A DNA stretch of 64,000 nt from Podospora anserina. Its lineage: Eukaryota. The position numbers and the translations under genes are program-made. Each line of letters starts with the position of its first letter. Positions within the stretch are counted from its first letter, which is position 1. Positions 10,751 through 20,434 of the stretch are shown here, in pieces. The stretch is from NCBI GenBank assembly GCA_017654855.1, contig CM030332.1:5208001-5272000 (forward strand), written 5' to 3'. The notes under the pieces were generated by a model. The model did no database searches and was not told where the DNA came from. It was given only the letters and a program-made list of their open reading frames with translations.

Positions 10751-13741
10751 CTACATCGGCGCACTCCACCTTAAGTTGATCTGCTTTTTCCTCACCTGTA
10801 AAGATGAATTGTTAGCCACAATCCCCATAATATGCAAGAAAAGTAAGCTTACCATAGGGCCCAACATAGTCACACCAACAAACAACGCCAACACCGTCGA
10901 CACAAGCGACACCTTGTTGAAACCCTTCCCAAGGATATCAAACAAGAAGCTAGGAGTGACTCTTGTGCCGAAAATATCCACACCATAGGCAAACACGAGA
11001 CTGGTGCTTTCAACAATAGCCGGCGACGTAATAATTTTCTTGATACCAACGACATCCCTCTCGTGCGTGATAACGCTCTTGGGGTCGATCTCAATCGCGG
11101 GATGGTATCTGAACAAACCCTCCTCGATCTCAGCAGGCGTAGCATCGCGACCCACAGGACGGCGAGGCTCGAGGAGCATTCTTGGGATGCCCATGATACC
11201 ATGGTTCTCGGGCAGGTAGGCGAGGATATGGCGAGTGGTAATCCCTTGCCTGGTCTGCGAGACCTGCAGGGCCGAGATAGGAGCGCCCATGATGTAGGTC
11301 TGGGAAACTACCGAAGGCAGAGCGACACCAGTGGGGACATCGACAGGGTCGAGGGAGGAGAAGGTCGAGGCATCACCAAGCGGGCCGCGGTTATTAGCCT
11401 CCTCGCTTTCGTAGAGATCCGAAACAGCAATCTGGTAGCCTTTGAGAGACTGAGCCGAGTTATCACGCAGTGTGTACTGCCCGAAGAACGAGCAGACGAA
11501 CCAGTTCTCAGCCATGGCGCACTCGACCGGCTTAGTGGGGTCGACACCGTTGTACTTGGCCGAGGAAAGGATTTGGCCAGACACAGTGTCAAGAAGGTAG
11601 ACAGTGAGGGTCCAGGTCTTGTCGTCGATGGCGGCAACAACAATAGTGTTCGGGTTCAAGTACTTGTACTTGACTGTGCGGTCGCCAAGAACGCGGCCAA
11701 TCGAAGCAACATCATCGTGTGAGGGCCTGGTAGCGATGCTGACGACGCGCTGATTCTCAGGCAAGGAGAAGATCCAAGACGTAGATTCATGAGCGGTGGT
11801 ACCATCAGGAATGAAGACGACACCCTTCAGTTCGCCATCGGCACCACGAGTGACAACAGTCTGCTTCGGAGCCTTATCAACAGGGAGATCACCAATCTTG
11901 CCGTCTAGGCCAATGCGTAGGAGACGTGGGCCAGAAGCGGTGTCAATGAGAGCAGTGCTCTGAGTTGTTGCTTCGGAGCTGGGCGCCTTAGCGCTAATAA
12001 CTTGACCCGTCTCGGTCTTCAAGACCACAAAGTCATTGTGAGCACCGAGGATTGTGACCTCACCCGATGACTCGTTGACCAGGATTCCCTTGACATCCCA
12101 CTTCTGGCCCTTGGAAATCTGGAATGCCCTCTTTTGCCAGACAGCAGCGCCAGAGTTACCAATGTCAAGCCCGTAAACCATACCGCGCTTGGTGGCAAGA
12201 ATGACCAGCTTATGGAAGCCAAAGCTGTCACGCGACAGCTTTCCAGCCGAAGAAGTGACATCGGTGCCGGCGATGCTGCTAATCAACCTCGCGGGCACAT
12301 TGTTGAGGTAAGCAGGGAGGTACTGGAGATCGTTGATATGGCGCTTGGCGCGATGAATATAAGCTTGAACCGGGTTGCTATGGGCCTCCTGTTCGAGAGA
12401 CTTGGCCAGCTCTTCACTCTCAGGGATCTCAGCAAAGGTAGCAGCAACGCCTCCAGAAAGGCCTTCAGGGCGAGTCCATCCGATCTCACCATTACGAACG
12501 AGAGCCCACTCGTCATCGGCAGTAAGGGCCGCAGACCGAACGGCATAGCTGCCATCAGCTCCAGCCTTCTTGATCACCTCAGATACTGCATGAATGGGAG
12601 CGACCTTGGAGTTGGTGTTCTTGAGGGGCCAGCGTCCAAGAACGCCGTGAGACTGGGATGAGACCAAAATCAACTCATCCTCAGTGATACGCGTGAAGTA
12701 CACGTTGGCTGAGATCGAGCTAGTTGCAAAAGCGCCCTTGCCTGGAAGCAGAGGCAGATTATACGCCTTGGCGATATGACCAGTCTTCAGGTCGATGTGG
12801 TAAACCTCGCCCTTGTTGCCAGTCGCAGTCTTGCTGTGCACCAAGAAATGCGGCTGCGACTGAATCAGATGAGGAGCGTGAATCTCAACCTCAACAGTCC
12901 CCTCAAATAAAGGAAACTCCTGGCTCGTCTTCAAACCTAAAACGTTGACCCTCAAAGCCGTATGCTCAGCATCAGTCCAAGCCACAATTGGAGCCGCCGA
13001 GTTCGCGCCGACAAGCATGATATCTCCCTCGTCATTCAGGTTCGCCTTAGTCCCAATAACCAGCTCATCCAGCCTCTTCCCAGTAAGCGTATCCAGAGTC
13101 GTAACCTTGAGGCTGTACGCCCCCTTGGTCCCCTTCAAGAATACCACGAAAACCTTCTCGACATTCGTGCTGACCTGAAGCGGCACGTCCTTGGTCACCT
13201 CCCTGAACTCCCAAACCACATCCCCGTTAAGCGCATTCAACCGTCTCAACACTGTCTCCCCCTTCTCCTCCTCCTCAAAAAGCACCAGCACATCCTTCCT
13301 CTCCGCCTCCGTCATCTCCATCACCTCCAAATCCTTGACCTTCCCCGGAAACCTCGCCCAGAACGTATTCCTCCCCGTCACCGCATCCCAGGCATGCACC
13401 TCACCTCCATAAGCACTAGCCACCCATCCCTCACCCTCGCCCGCCCTGGCGAACCCCTCTCCCACTGCCGTTTCATTGTTGTTATCCCCCGCCAGAAACT
13501 GCCTCCAGACAACCCCGCCAGTACCCGGGTTTACAGCCCCCAACACGCCCTCATCACTCAATGTGTAAAGCAAGCTTCCTTGCTCGTCTTTTCTGGGGCG
13601 GTGGAAAAAGGTTGTTTCCCTTTGCGGAAGGCCGAGGAGTTGGTAGTGGTAGTCAATATGGCCCACTTCATCTCTGAAGACGGCGCGGACGGCCGAAGGG
13701 AGGGCGAGCAGCCCTACTAAGAGGGTTGTCGCGGAGGGCAT
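10751..13741 (-). CDS. EMC1: ER membrane protein complex subunit 1; exons 13741-10853 and 10795-10751 (alternative ATG at 13750)
   Basis: Signal peptide followed by AVFRDEVGHIDYH, PQQ-like beta-propeller repeats, C-terminal ESTSLVFAYGVDIFGTRVTPSFLFDILGKGFNK, a TM helix and KKQINLRW. A 57-nt GT-AG intron has a GCTAAC branch site. Confidence 0.95.
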   Translation of the reverse strand: MPSATTLLVGLLALPSAVRAVFRDEVGHIDYHYQLLGLPQRETTFFHRPRKDEQGSLLYTLSDEGVLGAVNPGTGGVVWRQFLAGDNNNETAVGEGFARAGEGEGWVASAYGGEVHAWDAVTGRNTFWARFPGKVKDLEVMEMTEAERKDVLVLFEEEEKGETVLRRLNALNGDVVWEFREVTKDVPLQVSTNVEKVFVVFLKGTKGAYSLKVTTLDTLTGKRLDELVIGTKANLNDEGDIMLVGANSAAPIVAWTDAEHTALRVNVLGLKTSQEFPLFEGTVEVEIHAPHLIQSQPHFLVHSKTATGNKGEVYHIDLKTGHIAKAYNLPLLPGKGAFATSSISANVYFTRITEDELILVSSQSHGVLGRWPLKNTNSKVAPIHAVSEVIKKAGADGSYAVRSAALTADDEWALVRNGEIGWTRPEGLSGGVAATFAEIPESEELAKSLEQEAHSNPVQAYIHRAKRHINDLQYLPAYLNNVPARLISSIAGTDVTSSAGKLSRDSFGFHKLVILATKRGMVYGLDIGNSGAAVWQKRAFQISKGQKWDVKGILVNESSGEVTILGAHNDFVVLKTETGQVISAKAPSSEATTQSTALIDTASGPRLLRIGLDGKIGDLPVDKAPKQTVVTRGADGELKGVVFIPDGTTAHESTSWIFSLPENQRVVSIATRPSHDDVASIGRVLGDRTVKYKYLNPNTIVVAAIDDKTWTLTVYLLDTVSGQILSSAKYNGVDPTKPVECAMAENWFVCSFFGQYTLRDNSAQSLKGYQIAVSDLYESEEANNRGPLGDASTFSSLDPVDVPTGVALPSVVSQTYIMGAPISALQVSQTRQGITTRHILAYLPENHGIMGIPRMLLEPRRPVGRDATPAEIEEGLFRYHPAIEIDPKSVITHERDVVGIKKIITSPAIVESTSLVFAYGVDIFGTRVTPSFLFDILGKGFNKVSLVSTVLALFVGVTMLGPMVSLLFLHIMGIVANNSSLQVRKKQINLRWSAPM

Positions 13742-14440
13742 GGCGAGCATGACAGCTCTCGCTTCGTAGTATCGTCGTATGTTGAGGTTCAAGCGCTCAT
13801 CGATCGGGACGTAACAGGTGTGTGTCGTTGATGTTGGGCAACGGGCGCGCTAGTGGGCGCCGGAATTGGATCGTATCGATTGCAGTCAATGGGGCCGCTC
13901 TATCGGTGTTCCATCAGTTGAGAGTCGCAAACTGAGTACGGTATTCTTTCTATTTCTCTCGCTGTCGTGAGATTGCGCCGCCTGGGTTGGTGTTGATGGT
14001 GGAAGCTGGCAAAGAGCTTGCAGAAGCTCAGAAACGATGGGAGCGGGTCACAAACTTCCCTGGGACGTTGACCTGGAGGTGACGTTGAAACAAGCCCTGC
14101 CTGTCCAGCCCCGTGGGTCCCCGCAACCACCCCTGTCAAGAAGCACCACAGCTCAGAGCTCGTGCCATATGCCAAGACTTATCCTCGACATCAGATCTCA
14201 AACTTCACACCAACGAAAGACCCGCACCATGATTTAAAATACACTTAAGCCCGATTTAGCCAGCCCTCGACTCGAATCTGGGCTTATGGCTGAACAAGGC
14301 TGCTGCTCTACAAACATGAGCAACACCCCGTTACCTTATCCATGCCAACTTCCCCAGCAAACGACCTTTGCGAGCAACAAGTCAGCCAAGACGAATGTCC
14401 CTCAACGATTGGGTATATGCAAAGAATGCGTTCTTAAAAC

Positions 14441-14606
14441 TATCTTTCATGGCCTATTAACGATCCTGAAAGCATATCAACTATCTTCGACCGCCGATAG
14501 CAGATGTTGAACATATATCCATTATCTTTGGAGACCTATTCCCTATTTTCAAAGGCCTATTCACTCTCTTCGAAGCTATATTAATTATCTTTAAAACCTT
14601 ATTACC
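14441..14606. repeat. Degenerate ~21-bp tandem minisatellite, about 8 units, immediately downstream of the LRR gene stop
   Basis: Units such as TATCTTTCATGGCCTATTAAC, TATCTTTGGAGACCTATTCCC, TATTTTCAAAGGCCTATTCAC, TCTCTTCGAAGCTATATTAAT and TATCTTTAAAACCTTATTACC recur with a 20-21 nt period. Confidence 0.75.
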
Positions 14607-14616
14607 TAGGTATCTT

Positions 14617-16149
14617 CTAAGACCTCGACTGACAGGCAGGCACACACTTCCACGAACATCCAACTTTCAAGAAGGGTATAAGCAACTCCCTGTCCAACTT
14701 CGTCGCTGCAGGAGCCTTGAACTCAACCCACCTGGTCAGGGGAACGACCATCCCCCGGTTACACACCGAGCATGTGAGGCCACCTCTGCGGTGGGCCTCC
14801 GCGGCCTGATTGAGCGCCTCCCGAACGTCCGGATAGCCTTCATCAACTTCCAACCAATAGTTGACTTCCTCTAGCTCGGGCTCCGGCAGCTGAGTAAGCG
14901 TTTTGAGCGCATACTCGAATAGCGACCTCGCACCCTTTGGGTTGAGGAGCCTGTTATCGTCCTGCTCCCTGTAGCTAACATCCTGGGGCATCTCGAGCTC
15001 GGTAGGGTCCTCCACCTCCAATTCCAGTGAGCCAGTGCTCTCAGCCAAATCTCCGAACAACGGCAGACGAAATCTCGAGTAGATCCGACCATCGCTGCCC
15101 AAGAATTCCACTGGGGTCCGGATCAATGGGTTGGGACCGCAGTTTGTTGTCGCGGCCTCGAACGAAACCTTCTCTGCCATCCACCAAGGATTTGATGCAG
15201 TATGAAGCATCACCAACTTCCCCTCATCGCCCATGAGCCGCAGAATCTCGGCCGGAAGATACCTGAGCTTGTTTTGCGCAAGGTTAAGTGTCTTCAGGTT
15301 CTTTAGCTTTCCAATACATGTTGGAATCTCCGTCAAGTCGTTGTTTCGGAGAGTAAGGAACGTAAGAGGTTCGATATTCACCAGAGATGAGGGAAAGTCT
15401 TTAAGGTTGTTGTTGTACAGATATATCTTGATGTCTGGGTCAGCTTGACGGAATGACACGCCCTTCACAACCACGGGAATCGGCTCGATATCGGCAATTG
15501 GTGCAATAGTCTCCGTCGAGATAGAGTTCAGGCCAAGGTCACTAAAATTTTGTCAGTCAAAATCCACAGCCAGGCGACTCATTGGATGGTATCATAGGTA
15601 CCTCAAATCAACCTCCTGGGTGCCGTTCTCCACACATCTTTTGATCCTCTCCCGTGCAACTGCCTCAGCTTCGGACAACTGTGGTTGAGATCGAGGCGAT
15701 ATTTTCAGCTGTGCCGGCGACGCGAAGAACTTTGGTGTGTATGGGGTCGGGACGTCGCCCTCTGTATCAGTAGAGTCCGGTCCACCCATGAAAATACCGC
15801 TGTCGAGCTTCCTGAACTCGCGCTTTTGCTGTCTCGCCCCAGCCTTTCGCCGAAGAGGGCGGCAGACGATGGGCGATGAGCGGACAAAGGGCGACGACGA
15901 GTGATCACCCATTGCCGAGTCGGAAGACAGAGCAGCATGCTGCTCATACCATGTCCCTACATACCGCCGCTTGTGTCGGCGGGCGCTTTCGTATGCCTCG
16001 AGTGCAGGGTCGTCATCGCTGGAAAAGACGGCTGGATCGCTCGAGGTTGAGACACTGGGTGGAGGCGCGTTGGCTTGCGCCCACGCTCGCTTGCTCGCCC
16101 CATTGAATGGGGTTTTTGGCAGCGTTGGTAAGACCTGCTCGTCCGCCAT
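14617..16149 (-). CDS. Leucine-rich repeat protein with BC-box-like motif and Cys-rich C-terminus; exons 16149-15602 and 15541-14617
   Basis: A 60-nt GT-AG intron (CTGAC branch) joins VDLS-DLGLNSI. LRRs: YLYNNNLKDFP, LTLRNNDLTEIP, LNLAQNKLRYLP. C-terminal SLFEYALKTL...CSVC...PFLKVGCSWKC. Confidence 0.85.
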
Positions 16150-16750
16150 GGCTCACCGGGGTTACCTCTAGGTCGGCAAAAGGAAAGGAAACAATGGGGC
16201 TGCGGCGACGCGACTGGCGATAAGCTTAGAGCTGTGAGCAACCCCGCATACGGCAAAAGAATGATGTCAAGTACTCTACTCAAAACGAGATGAACGCGGA
16301 AAATATGTGGAGTTTCTTTGATGCCTGAGGAGCGAGAAAAGAGGTTCTCGGTATCAGGGAAATGCCTGGGTAGAAATGGTCTTTTTGAAAAGGAAAAGGG
16401 GAATTGCAGAATCGCGTATCCTGAAAAGTCAACAGCAGGTGACCCTGTCGCGAGTTCGCGCTCTCCTAGAAAGGAGCACAACCCCACACTGGCGTCATGC
16501 ACTTATTTTTTAGTGCAGTCTAGGGCCGCATATGGGACCGTGCACTGAAACATTGTCGCGGCTGGGTCCGGGCCCGGGCTGTCAAAGAGCCCCCCACGAT
16601 CCCGAGGACTTGGTTCGGTCTCTCGCCTCCATCTTACAGACCTGGCATGCAGTGTAATCTACTGTCCGCACCCAGAATAATTTGTGCTGCAAGTCAGGAA
16701 TACGTGTGACGACTATCACTTTACACCCTTCTAAGTAGGAAATTTAGCCG

Positions 16751-16854
16751 CTCTTTAAGGCCTAGTGGCTAGCTTTTGAGGCCTACTAACCACCTTTCGA
16801 GGCCTACTGGCAGACTTTGAGAGAGTCATGCCTGTCTTTGAGAAGTGGTTCAGC
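16751..16854. repeat. Degenerate 21-bp tandem minisatellite, about 5 units, related to the array at 14441-14606
   Basis: CTCTTTAAGGCCTAGTGGCTA / GCTTTTGAGGCCTACTAACCA / CCTTTCGAGGCCTACTGGCAG / ACTTTGAGAGAGTCATGCCTG / TCTTTGAGAAGTGGTTCAGC. Confidence 0.75.
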
Positions 16855-17416
16855 AATATGGTCGGGCTAACTTACTTTGCAGTGCCAGTATGTTTGCCCA
16901 AGGGTGTGGCTGGCTACGTCAGGCGGGGGGGAATACACCACGCGATGATTCGGAAGACCTTGCAAAGAATTACAAGCGAGGATGTGTCTTTCGCTGTCTA
17001 GGTCTGATATCAGTCCTATAGTAATTCTTCCGTTACAGGATCAATCACATTCTCAACCTACAACTCCTGTCACCGCCTCATCGCTCACATCACTCCCATA
17101 AAAATAAAAAGCTCAACATGGCACATGCCTCAATCATTGACTGCAAGGTACCTGCCTGATCTAGCCGATGCACATCCTCACCACATAATCACCCCTCCTC
17201 ATCACAAGCTCGCTCACATTCTTCCATATACATCGCTCACTCAACATCATTCAAAAAATCATCATTCGCTAACACCCACTAAAAGACTACCGCGCAAGCC
17301 CACAAAACCACCCCCATTCCATCCCTCTTCATCTCCCCTTACACTCCCTTAGCCCTCTCTCTCACCCCCTCCCCCTTCCCTCATGCCCAAACTGGAACTA
17401 CCTGCCACCAAACTCC

Positions 17417-19332
17417 TCACCTCTTCCCACCAAGAGACTGCCCCTCAGTCTGCTCCGCCAGCGCCATAAAGTCGTTGTCATCCAAGTCAGAATCGTCAAA
17501 CTCATCTCTCTTCTGGCGTTTGGCAGGGGGTTTGTCATCCTTGGTACCGGCATTGTTGTTCAGAAACTGACTGTTGGTCAGCCTGTGGGCTTCCCAGATG
17601 TCCCAGGGGTTCGTGGGAGCATCGCTGTCGGTGTTGCACACTGGGTTCATTGTCGGTTTCACCACCGAATTACTGGGGGGGTGGGCGAACTGGTTGGTCG
17701 GTTGGTAATTCGCCTGAGTACTAAGGTCGTTGTTAGGTTGATTGTTCGAGGGGCGGTTGAACTGGTTCCGAACAGGTGTGGTATTGTAGCTGTTGAACGG
17801 GTTATTCCCGTGGTAGCTCGTCCGGTAGGTGAACTGGCTGGTTGGCGTGGTGTTTACCTGCCCCTTGGGTTGTGTTTTGCTGTTGGGCACGGGTGTATCA
17901 AGTTGGTCGGCGAGCTCGATCATGGCGTCCTTAAGGCCAGTATCGATGTCAAATTCCTCCTTCTCATCATCCTCTCTCCCTCGCGTCTGGGGAAGCGTGG
18001 GTGGCAAGACGAAAGTCTTGTTAGGCCGGTTACTGGTGGGTGTAACCATGCCGGAAGAAAAAGGCTGCTGCCCTGCCATACCCAGGGACTTGGTCGGTGT
18101 GTTGAAACGACCGGAAGTATTCGAAGTCGGCGCAGGTTCTCCAGGGACAGAAAAAGGCGAGTGCCCTAGTGAATTAGGGCTCTTCGCCGGGGTGACCAAC
18201 GTGCTGTGATGACCACTAGGAATGATGAGACCACTTTTTGAAGAAGTTGAGACGGCTGTTATCGGCGCCTGCATGCCCTCGAGATTTTGCGGCGAGGCGG
18301 ATTGGAACAGCCTCGTCCGAGCAGGGTAAACGTTCGCGGGCGCTGGATAACACGCGCTCACGGAGCCAAACTTCGTCTCATCATTCTCGTCCTCTTCGTC
18401 GAGAGTCAGGTCGATTGTGACCTTGACCTTTCCTTTAGAGGAGGCCTTGGCAGTCGTATGCTCCATACTATCGCCAGTTTCGATTCCGCTCAAGTTTTCT
18501 GCCGTGTGTTTATGGATCGACTTGGATGTCCCTCTCGTCTGCTTTCGGGTCTCGGGAATAACAGGCTGTTGAGCCTCGATGTGGTTGGGAATGGTGGCCG
18601 GGTTGTTGTTGTTGCTGGCTTCGTCTTTACTGTTGCCAGCCTCGCCATTCATATCACCGGAATTCTGATCCATCTTGATGCCATTGTCTTGCTTCGAGGG
18701 ACCGGCCTCAACTGTGTCGATATTCCCTTTTACCGCTTCCACAGCCTTTCCTTTGATAACCGGCCGTATATAGTTACACCCGTCCTCTTCGCCTCGTCTC
18801 GAGCACTCTGCGTACTTCTCGGTGTACTCGAAAGGGTTCTTAACCCTCTCAACCAGCTGGCCGATATGGCACTCAGGACATGGCCTCTTGCCCAGTTCGT
18901 TTTGTTTCTGTGCCCAAAGAATCTGAGGATCTTCGTTGAAGGCTTCGTAATGTCTGCAAGGAGGACGAGCGGTATATCTAGAACAGCTCAGGCGCCAGAG
19001 TCCTGGTTGAAAGGTTGTCGTTCAGCTTGGGACTTGTTGTGTTGTGGAGGAAACGGACTCACCGGCATCAGGGCCTGCTCCTTCTGGGTTGTTTCTCTTT
19101 CGTTCCAGAATTCCAATTTTGCATGTTGGGCAAGGACCATATCTAAGCTTACGGCCTTTTGTGGTGCTGGAACGACTGGACTTGGGATTACTACCCTTTG
19201 CCCTGGTCACACGGCCACCGACTGTTGTCTGCTTCTGCGGAGCTAGGATGAATGTCAGTCTCACTTTATTCACTAAGAGCATGATAAGGTGAAAAGATTG
19301 GCTTGCCCACTTTCTGGCAACTGAGGAGTCAT
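17417..19332 (-). CDS. Uncharacterised protein with two C4 zinc ribbons and a long disordered tail; exons 19332-19311, 19242-19063, 19002-17417
   Basis: Two GT-AG introns give MTPQLPETPQK...CPTCKIGILERKR...WRLSCSRYTARPPCRHY...CPECHIGQLVERVK...YAECSRRGEEDGCNY, continuous with the 441-aa ORF. The first exon is the least certain part. Confidence 0.75.
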
Positions 19333-20434
19333 TATCGCCGTTGGATCTTTGTTGATACAATCTTTCGAGGTGGGACGAGGAAGTGACAGTCTCGCGCTGT
19401 TCGGACGTAAAGTTGAGAGTTGCAATTGGCGTTGGATGGGGACGAGAAAACTCTGATCCGCTGTATCGTTCAATCTTGTTGTCTATGCTCTCTTCTCACC
19501 GTCCTCTCGCCGTCTTGCCGGTCAAGTAACAAATTCCGAGAAAGAAGCGGGTCTTGATGTTGTCGCCGAGACCAAATTCATCTCTCTAACAGCGGGCTAG
19601 TATGTGCCTGATTGAACCACTCCTTCCACAATCGTGCTTTGACGAATTACTGAGTTGTTCGAAATACCGGTATGTTGCCAGGGCCACGCGGGGTCAAAAT
19701 GAATAAGATGAAAGAGAAAACTGATGTACTACAATAGATGACAGTCAATCACATTGTCACATTATAATCAACGGTCAAGGTGAAAAGTGAATAAGAGAGA
19801 ATGCCTGAACATCCTGAGATGCAGCGAAATGCTTCCACATCGCCATGTAACTTCTGAAGAAGGTGCACCCCACCCCAGCCTCTCTCTATCTAGAGAAGCC
19901 GCTGTGGCTTGAATGGCAGCTGCATGTCTGTCTGCCTTGCTAGTTGTTTCAAGAGCCTATCATATCCTTAAGAGGATCAATAGTGTTAAGCTGCTCCGCA
20001 TACCGTGGACAAACAAGGCCTTCGAAAAATGGTTACCTAGTCAAGAGCACCAAAAAGTCGACAAGTCGAAAATAACAATCAAAAGGTATGTTCACTATTC
20101 TTCAGACCCTTGATATTTTATCGCAATCTCCATTTTCCTGTCTGCGAGTTGCTTTGCAACCCCTCATCCCAACTCGACGAGCTAACCCCTGCATATACAT
20201 ATTCTAGTGTACCTGACCTACCCACCTTAATCCTAAGTGCAATTTTCTGTAGTCATTGGTCCCTCTACAACACCACATCTCACGACCTTTTGCGCAACCA
20301 CTCTGGCTATGACTATATATGCCACAAGAACCATGCCGATAATGTGTATTGGGTTAGGACTCTCTATCGTACCCGCTACGCCAACCACTGCAGGCCCTTG
20401 GACTTTTCCGCATCTTTTTCTCCATGCTATCTAT

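Noticed and set aside
11063..13720. Plus-strand ORFs of 175-252 aa over EMC1
   Set aside because: Antisense shadows caused by codon bias of a conserved gene.
14441..16854. 21-bp repeats as a CRISPR-like array or LTR pair
   Set aside because: Units are contiguous and degenerate with no unique spacers, there are no cas or transposon ORFs and no TG...CA termini, and the context is eukaryotic.
18940..19002. Apparent frameshift or truncation, because the ORF track starts the 441-aa ORF at 18742
   Set aside because: The frame is open from the acceptor at 19002 (CSRYTARPPCRHY). The track simply starts at the first GTG.
18287..19246. 319-aa plus-strand ORF
   Set aside because: Antisense shadow of the spliced zinc-ribbon gene, with no recognisable motif.
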